64,000 nt of DNA from the NCBI GenBank assembly GCA_964646255.1, contig CAZYDI010000006.1, positions 5,142 to 69,141 on the forward strand. The letters run 5' to 3'. The position numbers and the translations under genes are program-made. Shown here piece after piece: positions 10,601 to 19,649 of the stretch. A model generated the notes under the pieces. It made no database searches. It worked only from the letters and a program-made list of their open reading frames with translations, and was not told the origin of the DNA. Source of the DNA: an uncultured Bacteroidales bacterium. Its GTDB lineage: Bacteria; Bacteroidota; Bacteroidia; Bacteroidales; UBA10428. Each line of letters opens with the position of its first letter. Position 1 is the stretch's first letter.

Positions 10601-10834
10601 TTTGCCCTGCTTGCATTTAGCTGTATTATCATGACCTATTTTGGTGTAAATTACTATCTTTCAGGATTGCACTCGTATGCAAAAGGCGATCCTGTTCCCA
10701 TTCCTGAGTTTGTGTATTACACCCTGGTAATAGTTGGCGTAATTGCGCTGCTGGCTTGGGAGAATCAGCGGAGAATAAGAAAAGGAATGATCGTTTCGGA
10801 TAAAGAAAAGCAAAATAAACGCCGCATAATATGA
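7679..10834 (+). CDS. ccsBA: Fused cytochrome c biogenesis protein CcsBA (ResB/CcsB + CcsA, System II)
   Basis: The 1051-aa protein has a ResB-like N-terminal half with a large periplasmic domain. The C-terminal half carries the CcsA WWD heme-handling motif WGRYWGWDPKETWALV and conserved His residues. Confidence 0.9.
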   Translation: MKISTRILAILISPRLMALVMLLFAVSIAVATFIENDFGSETARAEVYDAWWFNLLLFAGIINLSLTIILGNLYRKGKRSVFAFHFAFLLILLGAAITRFSGFEGLMHIRTGEQSNHIVSSDRYFTFTAVNNGESIRTNKRIYFSALSGNHYKVSVRAGDKLVKAKILQFIPSAVESINPVEGGEAVMELIISGGKGRQSFIFSASHPRMIDSVLFTINDSDNVDGVDFNINGDGIRFRSPFTVTVMNMASQQSEELNGGYYHDLHMRSLYHFGNILAVPQTYYPSGRIGLVSSTDPEAEGLPGALMINVNTGNDSKTIPYFVVENAVNQTVEVNLNNAVTAWISVGPRMITLPFSIQLKEFILDRYPGSNSPSSFESNIVLNDERAGISRDHRVYMNNILKYQGYRFYQSSYDTDEQGTVFSVNHDYAGTYVTYAGYLLLAIGIILSLFSRNSRFKKLSGELTKIRSAAVSTMLAFFLALSVIPRAAYAQGVPDSVKINEKIAERFGELLIQDQGGRVKPINTLSSELLRKVSGSTSYMNQNPDQVFLGMITYPEYWQKLPMIKAKHPQIHEILKTGEPRIAFIDVFDLNSGHNIYLLSEYVNAAYQKKPAERNTFDTEIIRLDERINLCFQVYNGNLLRIFPRPNDPAFTWYSPVELAGQFSGSDSVFVHSILPLFLQSLSGKATGEPAVSQEEALAAMHNFQAKYGKEIIPPAYKVSLEIFYNRIQVFDRLGSAYGLTGFILLLVVFVTIFFPSFKTKPFIRIATGFMVAFFVVHMAGLVTRWIISGHAPWSNAYESMVYISFATVAAGLAFARKSAMALPVSALLAWLILFVAHLNWMDPQITNLVPVLKSYWLLIHVAIITASYGFLAMGALMALLNLVLMISQTRSNIPQTGRMINELTLVIEMTLIIGLYMLTIGTFLGGVWANESWGRYWGWDPKETWALVSILVYAFVAHMRLIPGLKGNYVFNIFALLAFSCIIMTYFGVNYYLSGLHSYAKGDPVPIPEFVYYTLVIVGVIALLAWENQRRIRKGMIVSDKEKQNKRRII

Positions 10835-11679
10835 AAACAGTCCTTCGTCTTACCCGAATTGGTATGTCAGTCGCCATTGCGTTTTCAGCGGTTGCCGGGT
10901 ACCTTTTTTTCCGGGGTTCACTTGATGCCCCGGTGCTGGCGGTTTTTACCGGAGTACTTTTACTGGCGTGCGCCGCAACCATACTAAACCAGGTGCAGGA
11001 AAGAAAACGCGACGCGCTGATGGACCGCACCAGGAACAGACCTCTGCCTTCGGGACAAATGAAAGTATCGTTAGCCGTGTGGATTACCGTTTTGCTTACG
11101 CTAACGGGAGCGGCAATATTGTATTTCTTCACCAACCCGCTGACTTTTTTATTGGGATTGATTAACATGGCCTGGTACAATGCCGTGTATACACCCCTGA
11201 AAAGATATACCGGTTTTGTTGTTATTGTAGGAGCGGTTACCGGTGCCTTGCCGCCCATTATGGGATGGACTGCCGCCGGGGGGCATATTGCCGACCCGAG
11301 GATCCTTTTTATTGCCATGTTTTTCTTTTTATGGCAAATACCCCACTTTTTGCTATTGCTTTTAAGGTATAAAGAGGATTATGCAAAAGCCGGATTTAAA
11401 GTGGTTACAGGTAAGCTTACCGACAACCAGATGAAAATGGTAGTGTTTTTCTGGATTATCAGTACATCTGTAATAACGCTGATGTTTCCTGTTTTTGGTA
11501 TACTCTCCGGTGCTTTGCTTATTGGGGGAATGATTGTGGTGAACATATACCTCATATACACCTATTACCGGGCAGTACTGAATAATAAGCTCAGTTTCAA
11601 CCTGAGGGAAGCTTTTGGTTCGTTATATATTTACCAGCTCTCCATACTGGCCTTGCTGATATTTCAGGCGCTTAAATGA
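10831..11679 (+). CDS. cyoE: Protoheme IX farnesyltransferase (heme O synthase)
   Basis: The 282-aa polytopic protein carries the UbiA-family motif NQVQERKRDALMDRTRNRPLPSG. Its ATG overlaps the ccsBA stop (ATGA). Confidence 0.9.
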   Translation: MKTVLRLTRIGMSVAIAFSAVAGYLFFRGSLDAPVLAVFTGVLLLACAATILNQVQERKRDALMDRTRNRPLPSGQMKVSLAVWITVLLTLTGAAILYFFTNPLTFLLGLINMAWYNAVYTPLKRYTGFVVIVGAVTGALPPIMGWTAAGGHIADPRILFIAMFFFLWQIPHFLLLLLRYKEDYAKAGFKVVTGKLTDNQMKMVVFFWIISTSVITLMFPVFGILSGALLIGGMIVVNIYLIYTYYRAVLNNKLSFNLREAFGSLYIYQLSILALLIFQALK

Positions 11680-11692
11680 GGTAGCGGAGATT

Positions 11693-12628
11693 TCATTTCA
11701 GGCTTTCGAGGTATTCGGAAACCTGCTGTATTTCTTCTTCGGTTATCAAACCTTTGTACGATTGCATTAAGCCCTGCCGGTAGCCCTTCACTATTTTTAC
11801 ATTGGGTTCTAAAATGGATTCCCTTATGTAAGCTTCGTCAACAATAACCTTCTGCTCATTCCCGTCGACTTCCACGGTAGTCTCTTCACCGAAAACCCCC
11901 TTAAATGAAGGGCCAACGATGGCGGAACCATCCATGGAATGGCAGGCAATACATCCGTTCCGCCGAATGACTTCAAAGCCCGGCAGCATCTTCTTTTCTC
12001 CTGATCCGGCATCAGCTAAAACGGTAGTGGTATCGTTATACCACTTGTCGAATAGTTCCTCAGGCATAACTTTAACGGCAGTGGTCATGTAGGCATGCTG
12101 AAGACCGCAATACTCGGCACAATAAATCTCATAACTTCCTTCTTTCTGCCCGATAAACCATAGGTAATTATCAGAGCCCGGAACCATGTCCTGCTTTACC
12201 CTGAAGGCAGGGATAAACATACTGTGAATTACGTCGGCCGAGGTGACATTCACAATGACAGGTTTATTTAAGGGAACAAATAATGTATCGGTTATTTTTC
12301 CATTGGGATAAGTAAATGACCAGCTCCACATTCTTGCAGTGCTGGATATTTCAAATGCATCCTTGGGCGGGCTTTTCATCATCTTCCAATCACTCCAGCC
12401 ATAAAAAAACATCACCATTACAAGGCCCAGCGGAATAACCGACCATAGAATTTCGAGGGTTAAGTTGCCCTCAATATGCTCTGATTTTGGATTTCTCTTT
12501 TTGTTATACCGGATCACGAAATAAATCATGACAACGGAAATGAGTACCAAAAAGAACAGAGAAACAAGGAAAATGAACATCGTGGTACGATCCACGCTGT
12601 CGGTAAAATTTGAAACACCACTGAACAT
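11693..12628 (-). CDS. ctaC: Cytochrome c oxidase subunit II with C-terminal cytochrome c domain (caa3-type)
   Basis: The 311-aa protein has two N-terminal TM helices. The CuA site is H...CAEYCGLQHAYM, and a C-terminal CIACH heme c motif follows. Confidence 0.9.
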   Translation of the reverse strand: MFSGVSNFTDSVDRTTMFIFLVSLFFLVLISVVMIYFVIRYNKKRNPKSEHIEGNLTLEILWSVIPLGLVMVMFFYGWSDWKMMKSPPKDAFEISSTARMWSWSFTYPNGKITDTLFVPLNKPVIVNVTSADVIHSMFIPAFRVKQDMVPGSDNYLWFIGQKEGSYEIYCAEYCGLQHAYMTTAVKVMPEELFDKWYNDTTTVLADAGSGEKKMLPGFEVIRRNGCIACHSMDGSAIVGPSFKGVFGEETTVEVDGNEQKVIVDEAYIRESILEPNVKIVKGYRQGLMQSYKGLITEEEIQQVSEYLESLK

Positions 12629-12639
12629 ATCAATAGTTT

Positions 12640-12927
12640 TTAGCGAAATACATAGTCCATTACTGTTACCACAATGGTTAAGAAAATTATACTGAAAATT
12701 ATCGCTACAAAAACAGCGAGAATTTTTTCCTGGAATTTCAGGTGCATGTTATATAATAATACGATAGCGGTTTGTATTGTGGCTATAAACAGTACCAATG
12801 TTATAAGAACCGGCTGACTAATGCGAACCTGCGTAATACCCACGGCAATAAGGGTAAGTACCGATAAAGCAATAAAGGTCATCATGTACAGGATGTATCC
12901 CTCGATTTTTTTCTTTTCAGTTTCCAT
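12640..12927 (-). CDS. Cytochrome c oxidase subunit IV family small membrane protein
   Basis: The 95-aa protein has three hydrophobic helices. It sits between subunits III and II with gaps of only 3-11 nt. Confidence 0.7.
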   Translation of the reverse strand: METEKKKIEGYILYMMTFIALSVLTLIAVGITQVRISQPVLITLVLFIATIQTAIVLLYNMHLKFQEKILAVFVAIIFSIIFLTIVVTVMDYVFR

Positions 12928-12930
12928 GGT

Positions 12931-13557
12931 TTAGTTGATAAGATAAAAGATAGGGAATAAGAAAAGCCATATAAGGTCGACCATATGCCAATATAAGCTG
13001 CAATTTTCGAGAAGGGCATATTTTCCGGGGTTAATAGTGCCCGTATAAACCTTAAAGAGTACAACACCCAGGAATACCAATCCGATAATCAAATGAAGTG
13101 CATGCAATCCTGTCATAAAGAAATACAGGCCGAAAAACAGTATGTCACCCGAGCTTAGGCTTATAAGGTCGTTGGATCCCGGAAAGAGTCCATGTTCTAT
13201 TTTTGCCATCCATTCAACATATTTAACTCCCAGGAAAACGATGCCAAGCAACATGGTGGCAACCAGCATCAACAATGAGAGTTTTCTGTTCGCTTTCTGG
13301 TTTGCCAAAAAAGATATGCCCATGGTCATCCCGCTAAGCAACAGGATAATGGAGTTGATGGTTCCAATGGCCACGTCAAGTTCCTGTGCAGCAAGGTGAA
13401 AACCTTCGCGGAACTTGTACCTGAAAACAGCAAATACCAGGAATAATCCCGAAAACAGAATGAGCTCCGTGAAAATAAAAAGCCACATTCCGATTCGTGA
13501 AGCATGATCGTCACGATGTTCGGCGCTTATTGCATGAACAGCAGTTTGTGGGTGCAT
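12931..13557 (-). CDS. ctaE: Cytochrome c oxidase subunit III
   Basis: The 208-aa polytopic protein shows subunit III-type motifs (FFGLYFFMTGLHALHLIIG...YWHMVDLIWLFLFP). Confidence 0.88.
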   Translation of the reverse strand: MHPQTAVHAISAEHRDDHASRIGMWLFIFTELILFSGLFLVFAVFRYKFREGFHLAAQELDVAIGTINSIILLLSGMTMGISFLANQKANRKLSLLMLVATMLLGIVFLGVKYVEWMAKIEHGLFPGSNDLISLSSGDILFFGLYFFMTGLHALHLIIGLVFLGVVLFKVYTGTINPGKYALLENCSLYWHMVDLIWLFLFPIFYLIN

Positions 13558-13560
13558 AGG

Positions 13561-15156
13561 CTATTTATAATCGTATGGTCCTTTTGTAATCTCAGGAATT
13601 TCTTCGAAATTCTCAACCGGCGGAGGCGATGGAATAGTCCATTCCAGCGTTTTGCCGCCCCATGGGTCTGCACTTGCAGGAACCCCTTTACTTGCCGAGC
13701 GGATCAAATTAATAAGGATAATGGCAAGTCCAAAAATCATGACGATGGCGCCCATTGAAGAAACAATGTTTTGCCCGTGAAACTGGGGGAAATAATCAAC
13801 GCTTCTGCGTGGTTGGCCATTCATACCCATTATAAACATCATAAAATACAGAACTACAAAGCCCATAAAGAAAATAAGCCAGCCAGTGTTTGCCCAGTTT
13901 TTATCGTACATTCTTCCGAAGATTTTCGGAAACCAGTAATGAATTCCGGCCATAAAGGCATATCCGGTACCCCCGAAAACGATAAAGTGAAAATGAGCTA
14001 CAACGAACGTTGTATCGGTAAGGTGCACATCAACAGAGAGTGAACCTTGAAACAGCCCTGTAAGCCCACCTATCATAAAAACAAAAATAAATGACAGTGC
14101 CCAATACAATGGGGTTTGCACGTTGATTGAGCCTTTGTAAAGCGTAGCCACCCAGTTAAATACCTTAATTGCGCTGGGTATCGCAACAACAAAACTCGCA
14201 AATGAAAAAAACCATAGCGACACGGCGCTCATTCCTGATGCAAACATATGGTGTCCCCATACAAAGTACCCTATAAAGGCAATACCAAACGAGGATATAA
14301 CAATGGCAGAGTAGCCGAAAATGGTTTTGCGCGCAAATGTCGGGATAATGTCTGAAATAACCCCCATGGCAGGCAGGATCATGATATATACTGCCGGGTG
14401 CGAGTAAATCCAGAACAAATGCTGGTAAAGTATAGGATCGCCTCCAAGGGCTGGGTCAAAGAATCCGATTTTCAGTATTCTTTCCGCAACAATCATGAGC
14501 AGGGTAATTCCAATGATAGGGGTGGCAACAATCTGTATCCAACCTGTTGCATAAAGTGACCACGGGAATAGCGGCATTTTCATCCACTTCATTCCCGGAG
14601 CCCTCATCCGGTGAATGGTAGTAATAAAGTTAATGCCGGTTAATATGGATGAGAATCCCAGTATAAATGCGCCCAATACAGCCGAAACCACGTTAGTGGG
14701 TATCCTGAGGCTATAGGGTGCATAAAACGTCCAGCCGGTATCGGGTGGCCCGTCGCCTAAGAACTGTGATGTAAGGGCAACTGCAGCACCAATAATGTAC
14801 ACCCACCACGACAGCAGGTTTAGTTTTGGAAAGGCAACGTCTTTTGCACCAATCATTATTGGAAGAAAGAAATTGCCCAGGGTAGCCGGAATACCCGGAA
14901 TAACAACCAAAAATATCATGGTAATGCCATGCAGGGTAAAAAAGGCATTGTAGGCTTCGGCATCCATTATGGTTTTCCCCGGTGCAATGAGTTCGAGCTT
15001 CATGAGCAGTCCCAGAATTGCACCAATAATGAAAAACCCCATAATGGTGTATAGGTACAACAGTCCTATTCGCTTATGATCAGTGGAAAATATCCAGCCA
15101 AGAAGGCCTTTATATTTCCCCTGATACTTCAGGTAATTGTCTGCGGTGTGATTCAT
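13561..15156 (-). CDS. ctaD: Cytochrome c oxidase subunit I
   Basis: The 531-aa protein carries heme-copper oxidase signatures: WFFGHPEVY-like LFWIYSHPAVYIMILP, HHMFASGM and VAHFHFIVFGG. Confidence 0.95.
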   Translation of the reverse strand: MNHTADNYLKYQGKYKGLLGWIFSTDHKRIGLLYLYTIMGFFIIGAILGLLMKLELIAPGKTIMDAEAYNAFFTLHGITMIFLVVIPGIPATLGNFFLPIMIGAKDVAFPKLNLLSWWVYIIGAAVALTSQFLGDGPPDTGWTFYAPYSLRIPTNVVSAVLGAFILGFSSILTGINFITTIHRMRAPGMKWMKMPLFPWSLYATGWIQIVATPIIGITLLMIVAERILKIGFFDPALGGDPILYQHLFWIYSHPAVYIMILPAMGVISDIIPTFARKTIFGYSAIVISSFGIAFIGYFVWGHHMFASGMSAVSLWFFSFASFVVAIPSAIKVFNWVATLYKGSINVQTPLYWALSFIFVFMIGGLTGLFQGSLSVDVHLTDTTFVVAHFHFIVFGGTGYAFMAGIHYWFPKIFGRMYDKNWANTGWLIFFMGFVVLYFMMFIMGMNGQPRRSVDYFPQFHGQNIVSSMGAIVMIFGLAIILINLIRSASKGVPASADPWGGKTLEWTIPSPPPVENFEEIPEITKGPYDYK

Positions 15157-15179
15157 GATATTTGTACAGCGTGTTTAAA

Positions 15180-15971
15180 TCATTGGTTAACAGTTTTGAT
15201 CCGCGGCTTGCCTTTGAATACAAGCCAAAGCACAGTGCCAACAAGGAGAATAAGGATCAGAATCCCTCCGATTTTGGTAACATCAAGAACATAGGCTTCG
15301 GCCTGGGAATCGTAACCATAACAAAACTGAAGAAGCTTGTTGATGGTGGGCCCTGACTTTCCTTCGGAAGATTCCACCACTGCCATTTTAAATTCAAAAG
15401 GAAGAAAATACGTTCCGTTAAGGTAACGTGTTATTTTGCCATCGGGACTAATAAAAATCAGTGTTGCCGAATGCAGGAATTCTGTTCCGGCCCTTTTAAA
15501 TTTAAAACCAAGCGCCTCGGTTGCCTTTTCCACGTTAATGCTGTCGGCAATAAAGAATTTCCAGCCTTCGGCAACCTCTTTTGTCTTCATGTTGTTTACA
15601 TAATTTCTTTTCTTAGCCAGTGCCAGTGATAGCGGCTCGGCGGTGTTAAATCCGATGGTCAGCACCTGGTAATCCTTGCCGGGCACCAGATCGGATTTAT
15701 CAATAACCTCGGCCAGTCCGTTCATCAGCGGCGAACAAAGCATGGGGCAATTGAAATACACAAAGGTTACTATGGTTGGTTTATCAATCAAATCCTTCAT
15801 GTTTACATATTTGCCAAGTTCATCCGTCAGGATGATATCATCGGGAACATATTCATCTAAATGTTCAATGATGCCAATTTCAACCCTTTCAACCGGATCA
15901 CCGGCACGAATGCCTCCTATGGTACAGCAAAGGAAAGCCAGGGTAACGATCACGATATATTGTGTTTTCAT
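15180..15971 (-). CDS. SCO family copper chaperone / thiol-disulfide protein
   Basis: The product has a thioredoxin-like fold with the CPMLC (CxxxC) copper site and a downstream His. I prefer the start at ATG 15971 (MKTQYIV...), which avoids overlap with actF. Confidence 0.85.
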   Translation of the reverse strand: MKTQYIVIVTLAFLCCTIGGIRAGDPVERVEIGIIEHLDEYVPDDIILTDELGKYVNMKDLIDKPTIVTFVYFNCPMLCSPLMNGLAEVIDKSDLVPGKDYQVLTIGFNTAEPLSLALAKKRNYVNNMKTKEVAEGWKFFIADSINVEKATEALGFKFKRAGTEFLHSATLIFISPDGKITRYLNGTYFLPFEFKMAVVESSEGKSGPTINKLLQFCYGYDSQAEAYVLDVTKIGGILILILLVGTVLWLVFKGKPRIKTVNQ

Positions 15972-15975
15972 ACGC

Positions 15976-17148
15976 TTATATATAAGATTCAAAATGATGA
16001 TGTACACTTTCTTTTAGAAACGGGTGCTTCACCGGTACAATGGATGCACGGGTGAGATAGTATCCTGTAACCAGGGCAAATAAGCCTGTAAATCCAAGAA
16101 ATGCACCTGCTTCAATAAAGCCAAAACTGCTTTCACCTACAGCTCCCGGAAATATGGATATGTATAAATCAACCCATCTTCCTGCCAATAATAGGACAGC
16201 AATACCAAATACAATCCATTTACGCCTGCTGGTGGCAACCGGAAGCAGAACAAAAAAGGGAATGGCCCAATTTACTACTATGTCAGAAATCCAAAGAAAT
16301 TTCCATCCGGGCTGCCAGCGTGTCAAATAATAGGTGGTTTCCTCCGGAATATTACTGTACCATATCAGCATAAATTGTGAAAACCAAAAATACCCGTAAA
16401 AAATGGACACGATAAAAATATAACGTGCAAAATCGTGTATATGGCTTACATTCAGGAAATCAAAATATCCTTTCCGGTTAAGCAATACAATGACAATAAA
16501 TATGACCACGGTTCCATGCTGAAATGCAGCAATAAAATTCTTAAGCGCGTAAATGGTACTGAACCATGCAGCATCTATCGACATAAGCAAATCAAAGCCC
16601 AGAATGGAAATGGATATGGCAAGGAAGAAAATGAAAATCCGCGATATTTTTTCCGCTTTGTAAAAATTTTCTGTGCCTCCGGTTTCATCTTCCTTGATTG
16701 ATGACCTTCTTAAAAGCCATACCAGTAATGTCCATACAGCAAAGAAAACGATAAGCCTTACAAAGAAAAACGGAATGTTCAGGTAAGGAGTTTTATGGGC
16801 GATGATCTCGTGGTGCGCCACAGCATCTTCATGTGTCCATGAATAGATATAATCCATTCCAAAATACAACAATATCATTAAAATACCGGCTACCGGAATA
16901 TACATCATCAATGCCTCAAAAATCCTTCTGAAGCCGGCCGACCAGCGCGATCGTGAGATGGATTGTATGGCAAGAAAGAAAGCAGCGCCAATGGCTATTA
17001 AAAAAAAATAGTAACTATTCAGCAAATAGTTGGCCCAGGTTCGTTGCGGATCGGTAACAAAGCCGGCGATAAGCGCAGCAACTCCCAACACCATGCAAAT
17101 TATGCAGGCGATGATAAATGTGCGGGTTAACTTTATTTGCTGTTCCAT
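15976..17148 (-). CDS. actF: Alternative Complex III subunit ActF (quinol:cytochrome c oxidoreductase membrane subunit)
   Basis: The 390-aa protein is polytopic and NrfD-like. It occupies the position after actE in the canonical actABCDEF order. Confidence 0.8.
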   Translation of the reverse strand: MEQQIKLTRTFIIACIICMVLGVAALIAGFVTDPQRTWANYLLNSYYFFLIAIGAAFFLAIQSISRSRWSAGFRRIFEALMMYIPVAGILMILLYFGMDYIYSWTHEDAVAHHEIIAHKTPYLNIPFFFVRLIVFFAVWTLLVWLLRRSSIKEDETGGTENFYKAEKISRIFIFFLAISISILGFDLLMSIDAAWFSTIYALKNFIAAFQHGTVVIFIVIVLLNRKGYFDFLNVSHIHDFARYIFIVSIFYGYFWFSQFMLIWYSNIPEETTYYLTRWQPGWKFLWISDIVVNWAIPFFVLLPVATSRRKWIVFGIAVLLLAGRWVDLYISIFPGAVGESSFGFIEAGAFLGFTGLFALVTGYYLTRASIVPVKHPFLKESVHHHFESYI

Positions 17149-17174
17149 TATAATCAGAAATAAGGATTATTGCC

Positions 17175-17756
17175 TTACTTTTTTATTGAATCGGTACTGT
17201 TATGATTGGCTTGTAAACTTCGGAGGTATAAAACAACCTTCCATCGGTCAGCAGGTCGGACAATTATATCATGCGGCTCCATAATGCCGTATCCAACGGT
17301 GATGGCATGGTAAATTTGTCCGTCAGCTCTACTAACAACTTTTGCACTCATAAGGTTTGTGGGGGGAAAAAGATATTTTCCCGATGTGAAAAGATATCCC
17401 TGACCGTCAGCAGCTAACCCATGGCAATGCAAACAAATATTTTCGTACACCTGCTTTCCGCGTAAAATGTTTACAGAATCGGCTTGCAATGGATTCCGGA
17501 GGGATGCAGCCATAACCATACCTTCCTCTGAGCGCGGATATGGATAATATTCACCTTCCCTCGAAACGGTGCCTTTTACCGGTGTCCTCAGTGTTGTACT
17601 GTCGGCAAAGTTCGGGTTGGGACTATACGTTTCATAGGCTTTGGAATAAGCCATGTCGGGGAAATAGTCGTAACCCGGATTGTTCTTGTCGCGGTCGCAC
17701 GACAAGGCAATAAATATGCCTGCGATGAGTATCGTTATTTGTGCTTTCTTAATCAT
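17175..17756 (-). CDS. actE: ACIII monoheme cytochrome c subunit ActE (lipoprotein)
   Basis: The 193-aa protein has a lipobox-like IALSC and a single CLHCH heme motif. Its ATG overlaps the actD stop (ATGA). Confidence 0.85.
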   Translation of the reverse strand: MIKKAQITILIAGIFIALSCDRDKNNPGYDYFPDMAYSKAYETYSPNPNFADSTTLRTPVKGTVSREGEYYPYPRSEEGMVMAASLRNPLQADSVNILRGKQVYENICLHCHGLAADGQGYLFTSGKYLFPPTNLMSAKVVSRADGQIYHAITVGYGIMEPHDIIVRPADRWKVVLYLRSLQANHNSTDSIKK

Positions 17757-18262
17757 GGTTGCCTGGAATAAACAATGACTTCTTTTGCCCCGTTGTCCAA
17801 TAGTTTGGCCTTGGCTTCCGGTACAATATCAGGATTAAGCACCACAACAAATTTATCGTCCATGGCTTTTTCATGAACAATTTCAGCTTTTTTGCCGGGG
17901 TACAACTTCGAGCGCATTGAAAAAAGAAACAGGCTGATGAGCGTAACCAGCAGAATGGTAATCACCAGGGTGACAATAATAAACGAAGGGAAAGCATTGG
18001 AAGGCTTACCTCCGATAATTAAAGGCCAGTCAATAACGGCAGTATAATACAGAAAAGCCAGTGTTGCCAGCATCGAAAAGAAGCCTATAACATACATCAC
18101 GGTAGGCAGACGTGAGCGTCCGGCAACCGTTCGTACAGCTTCATGCACCGGAACAGGGGCATATATTTCTTCGATGGGTATATTGTTGCTTTTCAATGAA
18201 TGAATGGCCTTATCGAAGTCCGACTCGCTCGTGAACACGCCTATATATCGCTGGTTATTCAT
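17753..18262 (-). CDS. actD: ACIII subunit ActD (DUF3341-type)
   Basis: The start is taken at MNNQRYIGVFTSESDFDKAIHSLK (ATG 18262). The protein has a soluble N-domain followed by two TM helices. It overlaps the actC stop by 8 nt. Confidence 0.75.
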   Translation of the reverse strand: MNNQRYIGVFTSESDFDKAIHSLKSNNIPIEEIYAPVPVHEAVRTVAGRSRLPTVMYVIGFFSMLATLAFLYYTAVIDWPLIIGGKPSNAFPSFIIVTLVITILLVTLISLFLFSMRSKLYPGKKAEIVHEKAMDDKFVVVLNPDIVPEAKAKLLDNGAKEVIVYSRQP

Positions 18263-19649
18263 GATGCCCGGAATTTGTTGTATTTGAAATTGGTTTGTTC
18301 TCATCGGAATGAAGTACCGTTTTAAGCTCACTTATGGCCATCATGGGGATATACCTGAAAAAGAGAAGTATACCTACTGCGAATATACCCAGTGTACCAA
18401 CAAAGACGCCTACTTCAACCATCGAAGGACTGTACGAAGACCAGCTCGACGGCAGGTAATCCTTTGCCAAACTTGTAACAATTATGTTATAGCGCTCAAA
18501 CCACATTCCGATATTGATAACAAATGATATCAGCAGCAGGCTTAACAGGTTCTTCCTTACCTTCTTAAACCAGAATAATTGCGGTACAACGGCGTTACAC
18601 ACGAACATTATCCAGAATTGCGGAGCAAATTCGCCTGTAATGCGGTTATGGAAAAAAGTAAATATTTCGTATTTATTTCCCGAATACCATGCAATGAATA
18701 TTTCGGTAAGGTATGCAGTGCCCATAATAAGGCTTATAAAGGTGAGGATCTTGGCAGTGGCTTCAAGGTGCGAATCAGTAATATAGTTGTGCAATTTGTA
18801 CAGAACCCTTATCAGGATCATCAGTGTCATAACCATTGCGAAACCTGAAAATATGGCACCTACAACAAAATAGGGGGGGAAGAGGGTGGTATGCCATCCG
18901 GGTATAACCGACACGGCAAAGTCGGTTGATACGATAGAATGCACCGAGACTACCAGTACGGCGGCAATGCCGCTGAGCACAAATGCCAGTGCTTCGAAAC
19001 GTTTCCATTCGCCTGATGAACCTGTCCAGCCCATGGCAAAGAACCCGTAAATGGCTTTTTTGATTTTCGAGGTAGTGCGGTCACGAATTGTTCCGAAATC
19101 GGGAAGCATTCCAAGGTACCAGAATGAAGCCGAAATAAGCAGGTAGGCTGAGATGGCAGTGAAATCCCAAAACAAGGGAGAGTTGTAATTAACCCATAAG
19201 GGCCCCCGTGTATTGGGATAGGGGAAAATAAAAAAGGCATTCCATACACGGCCCATGTGCAAGGCCGGAAATAATGCGGCACAGAGCACTGCAAACACTG
19301 TCATAGCTTCAGCTGCACGGTTTATGGAAGTACGCCACTTTTGGCGGAGTACCAGTAAAAATATGGAAAAGGCGGTACCAGCGTGTCCTATACCTATCCA
19401 CCAAACAAAATTAATGATATCCCATCCCCAGCCAACACTGTTGTTCAGGTTCCATACACCAATACCATAGCGCACGGTGAGGTACATCGAGTATATTCCC
19501 CAGGCTACGGCCACAGAACTGATAGCCATTGCGGCAAACCACCATTTTGGTGCCGGTGAGTCAATAGGATGCAAAATATCCGCTGTAATGTCGGCGAATG
19601 ATTTATTTCCTTTGATCAGGGCACCTTTATTGCCGTTGTTTTCCATCAT
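18255..19649 (-). CDS. actC: ACIII quinol-binding membrane subunit ActC (NrfD/PsrC family)
   Basis: The 464-aa polytopic protein has an NrfD-like topology. Its start overlaps the actB stop (TGATG). Confidence 0.88.
   Translation of the reverse strand: MMENNGNKGALIKGNKSFADITADILHPIDSPAPKWWFAAMAISSVAVAWGIYSMYLTVRYGIGVWNLNNSVGWGWDIINFVWWIGIGHAGTAFSIFLLVLRQKWRTSINRAAEAMTVFAVLCAALFPALHMGRVWNAFFIFPYPNTRGPLWVNYNSPLFWDFTAISAYLLISASFWYLGMLPDFGTIRDRTTSKIKKAIYGFFAMGWTGSSGEWKRFEALAFVLSGIAAVLVVSVHSIVSTDFAVSVIPGWHTTLFPPYFVVGAIFSGFAMVMTLMILIRVLYKLHNYITDSHLEATAKILTFISLIMGTAYLTEIFIAWYSGNKYEIFTFFHNRITGEFAPQFWIMFVCNAVVPQLFWFKKVRKNLLSLLLISFVINIGMWFERYNIIVTSLAKDYLPSSWSSYSPSMVEVGVFVGTLGIFAVGILLFFRYIPMMAISELKTVLHSDENKPISNTTNSGHHE

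Noticed and set aside
10629-11318. 229-aa minus-strand ORF, together with similar long antisense ORFs at 24769-25260, 26119-26748, 44666-45211, 51709-52302, 54830-55354 and 58688-59161
   Set aside because: Each lies entirely inside a strongly supported gene on the opposite strand. Their compositions are Ser/Thr/Pro/Arg-rich and low-complexity, which is typical of shadow frames.
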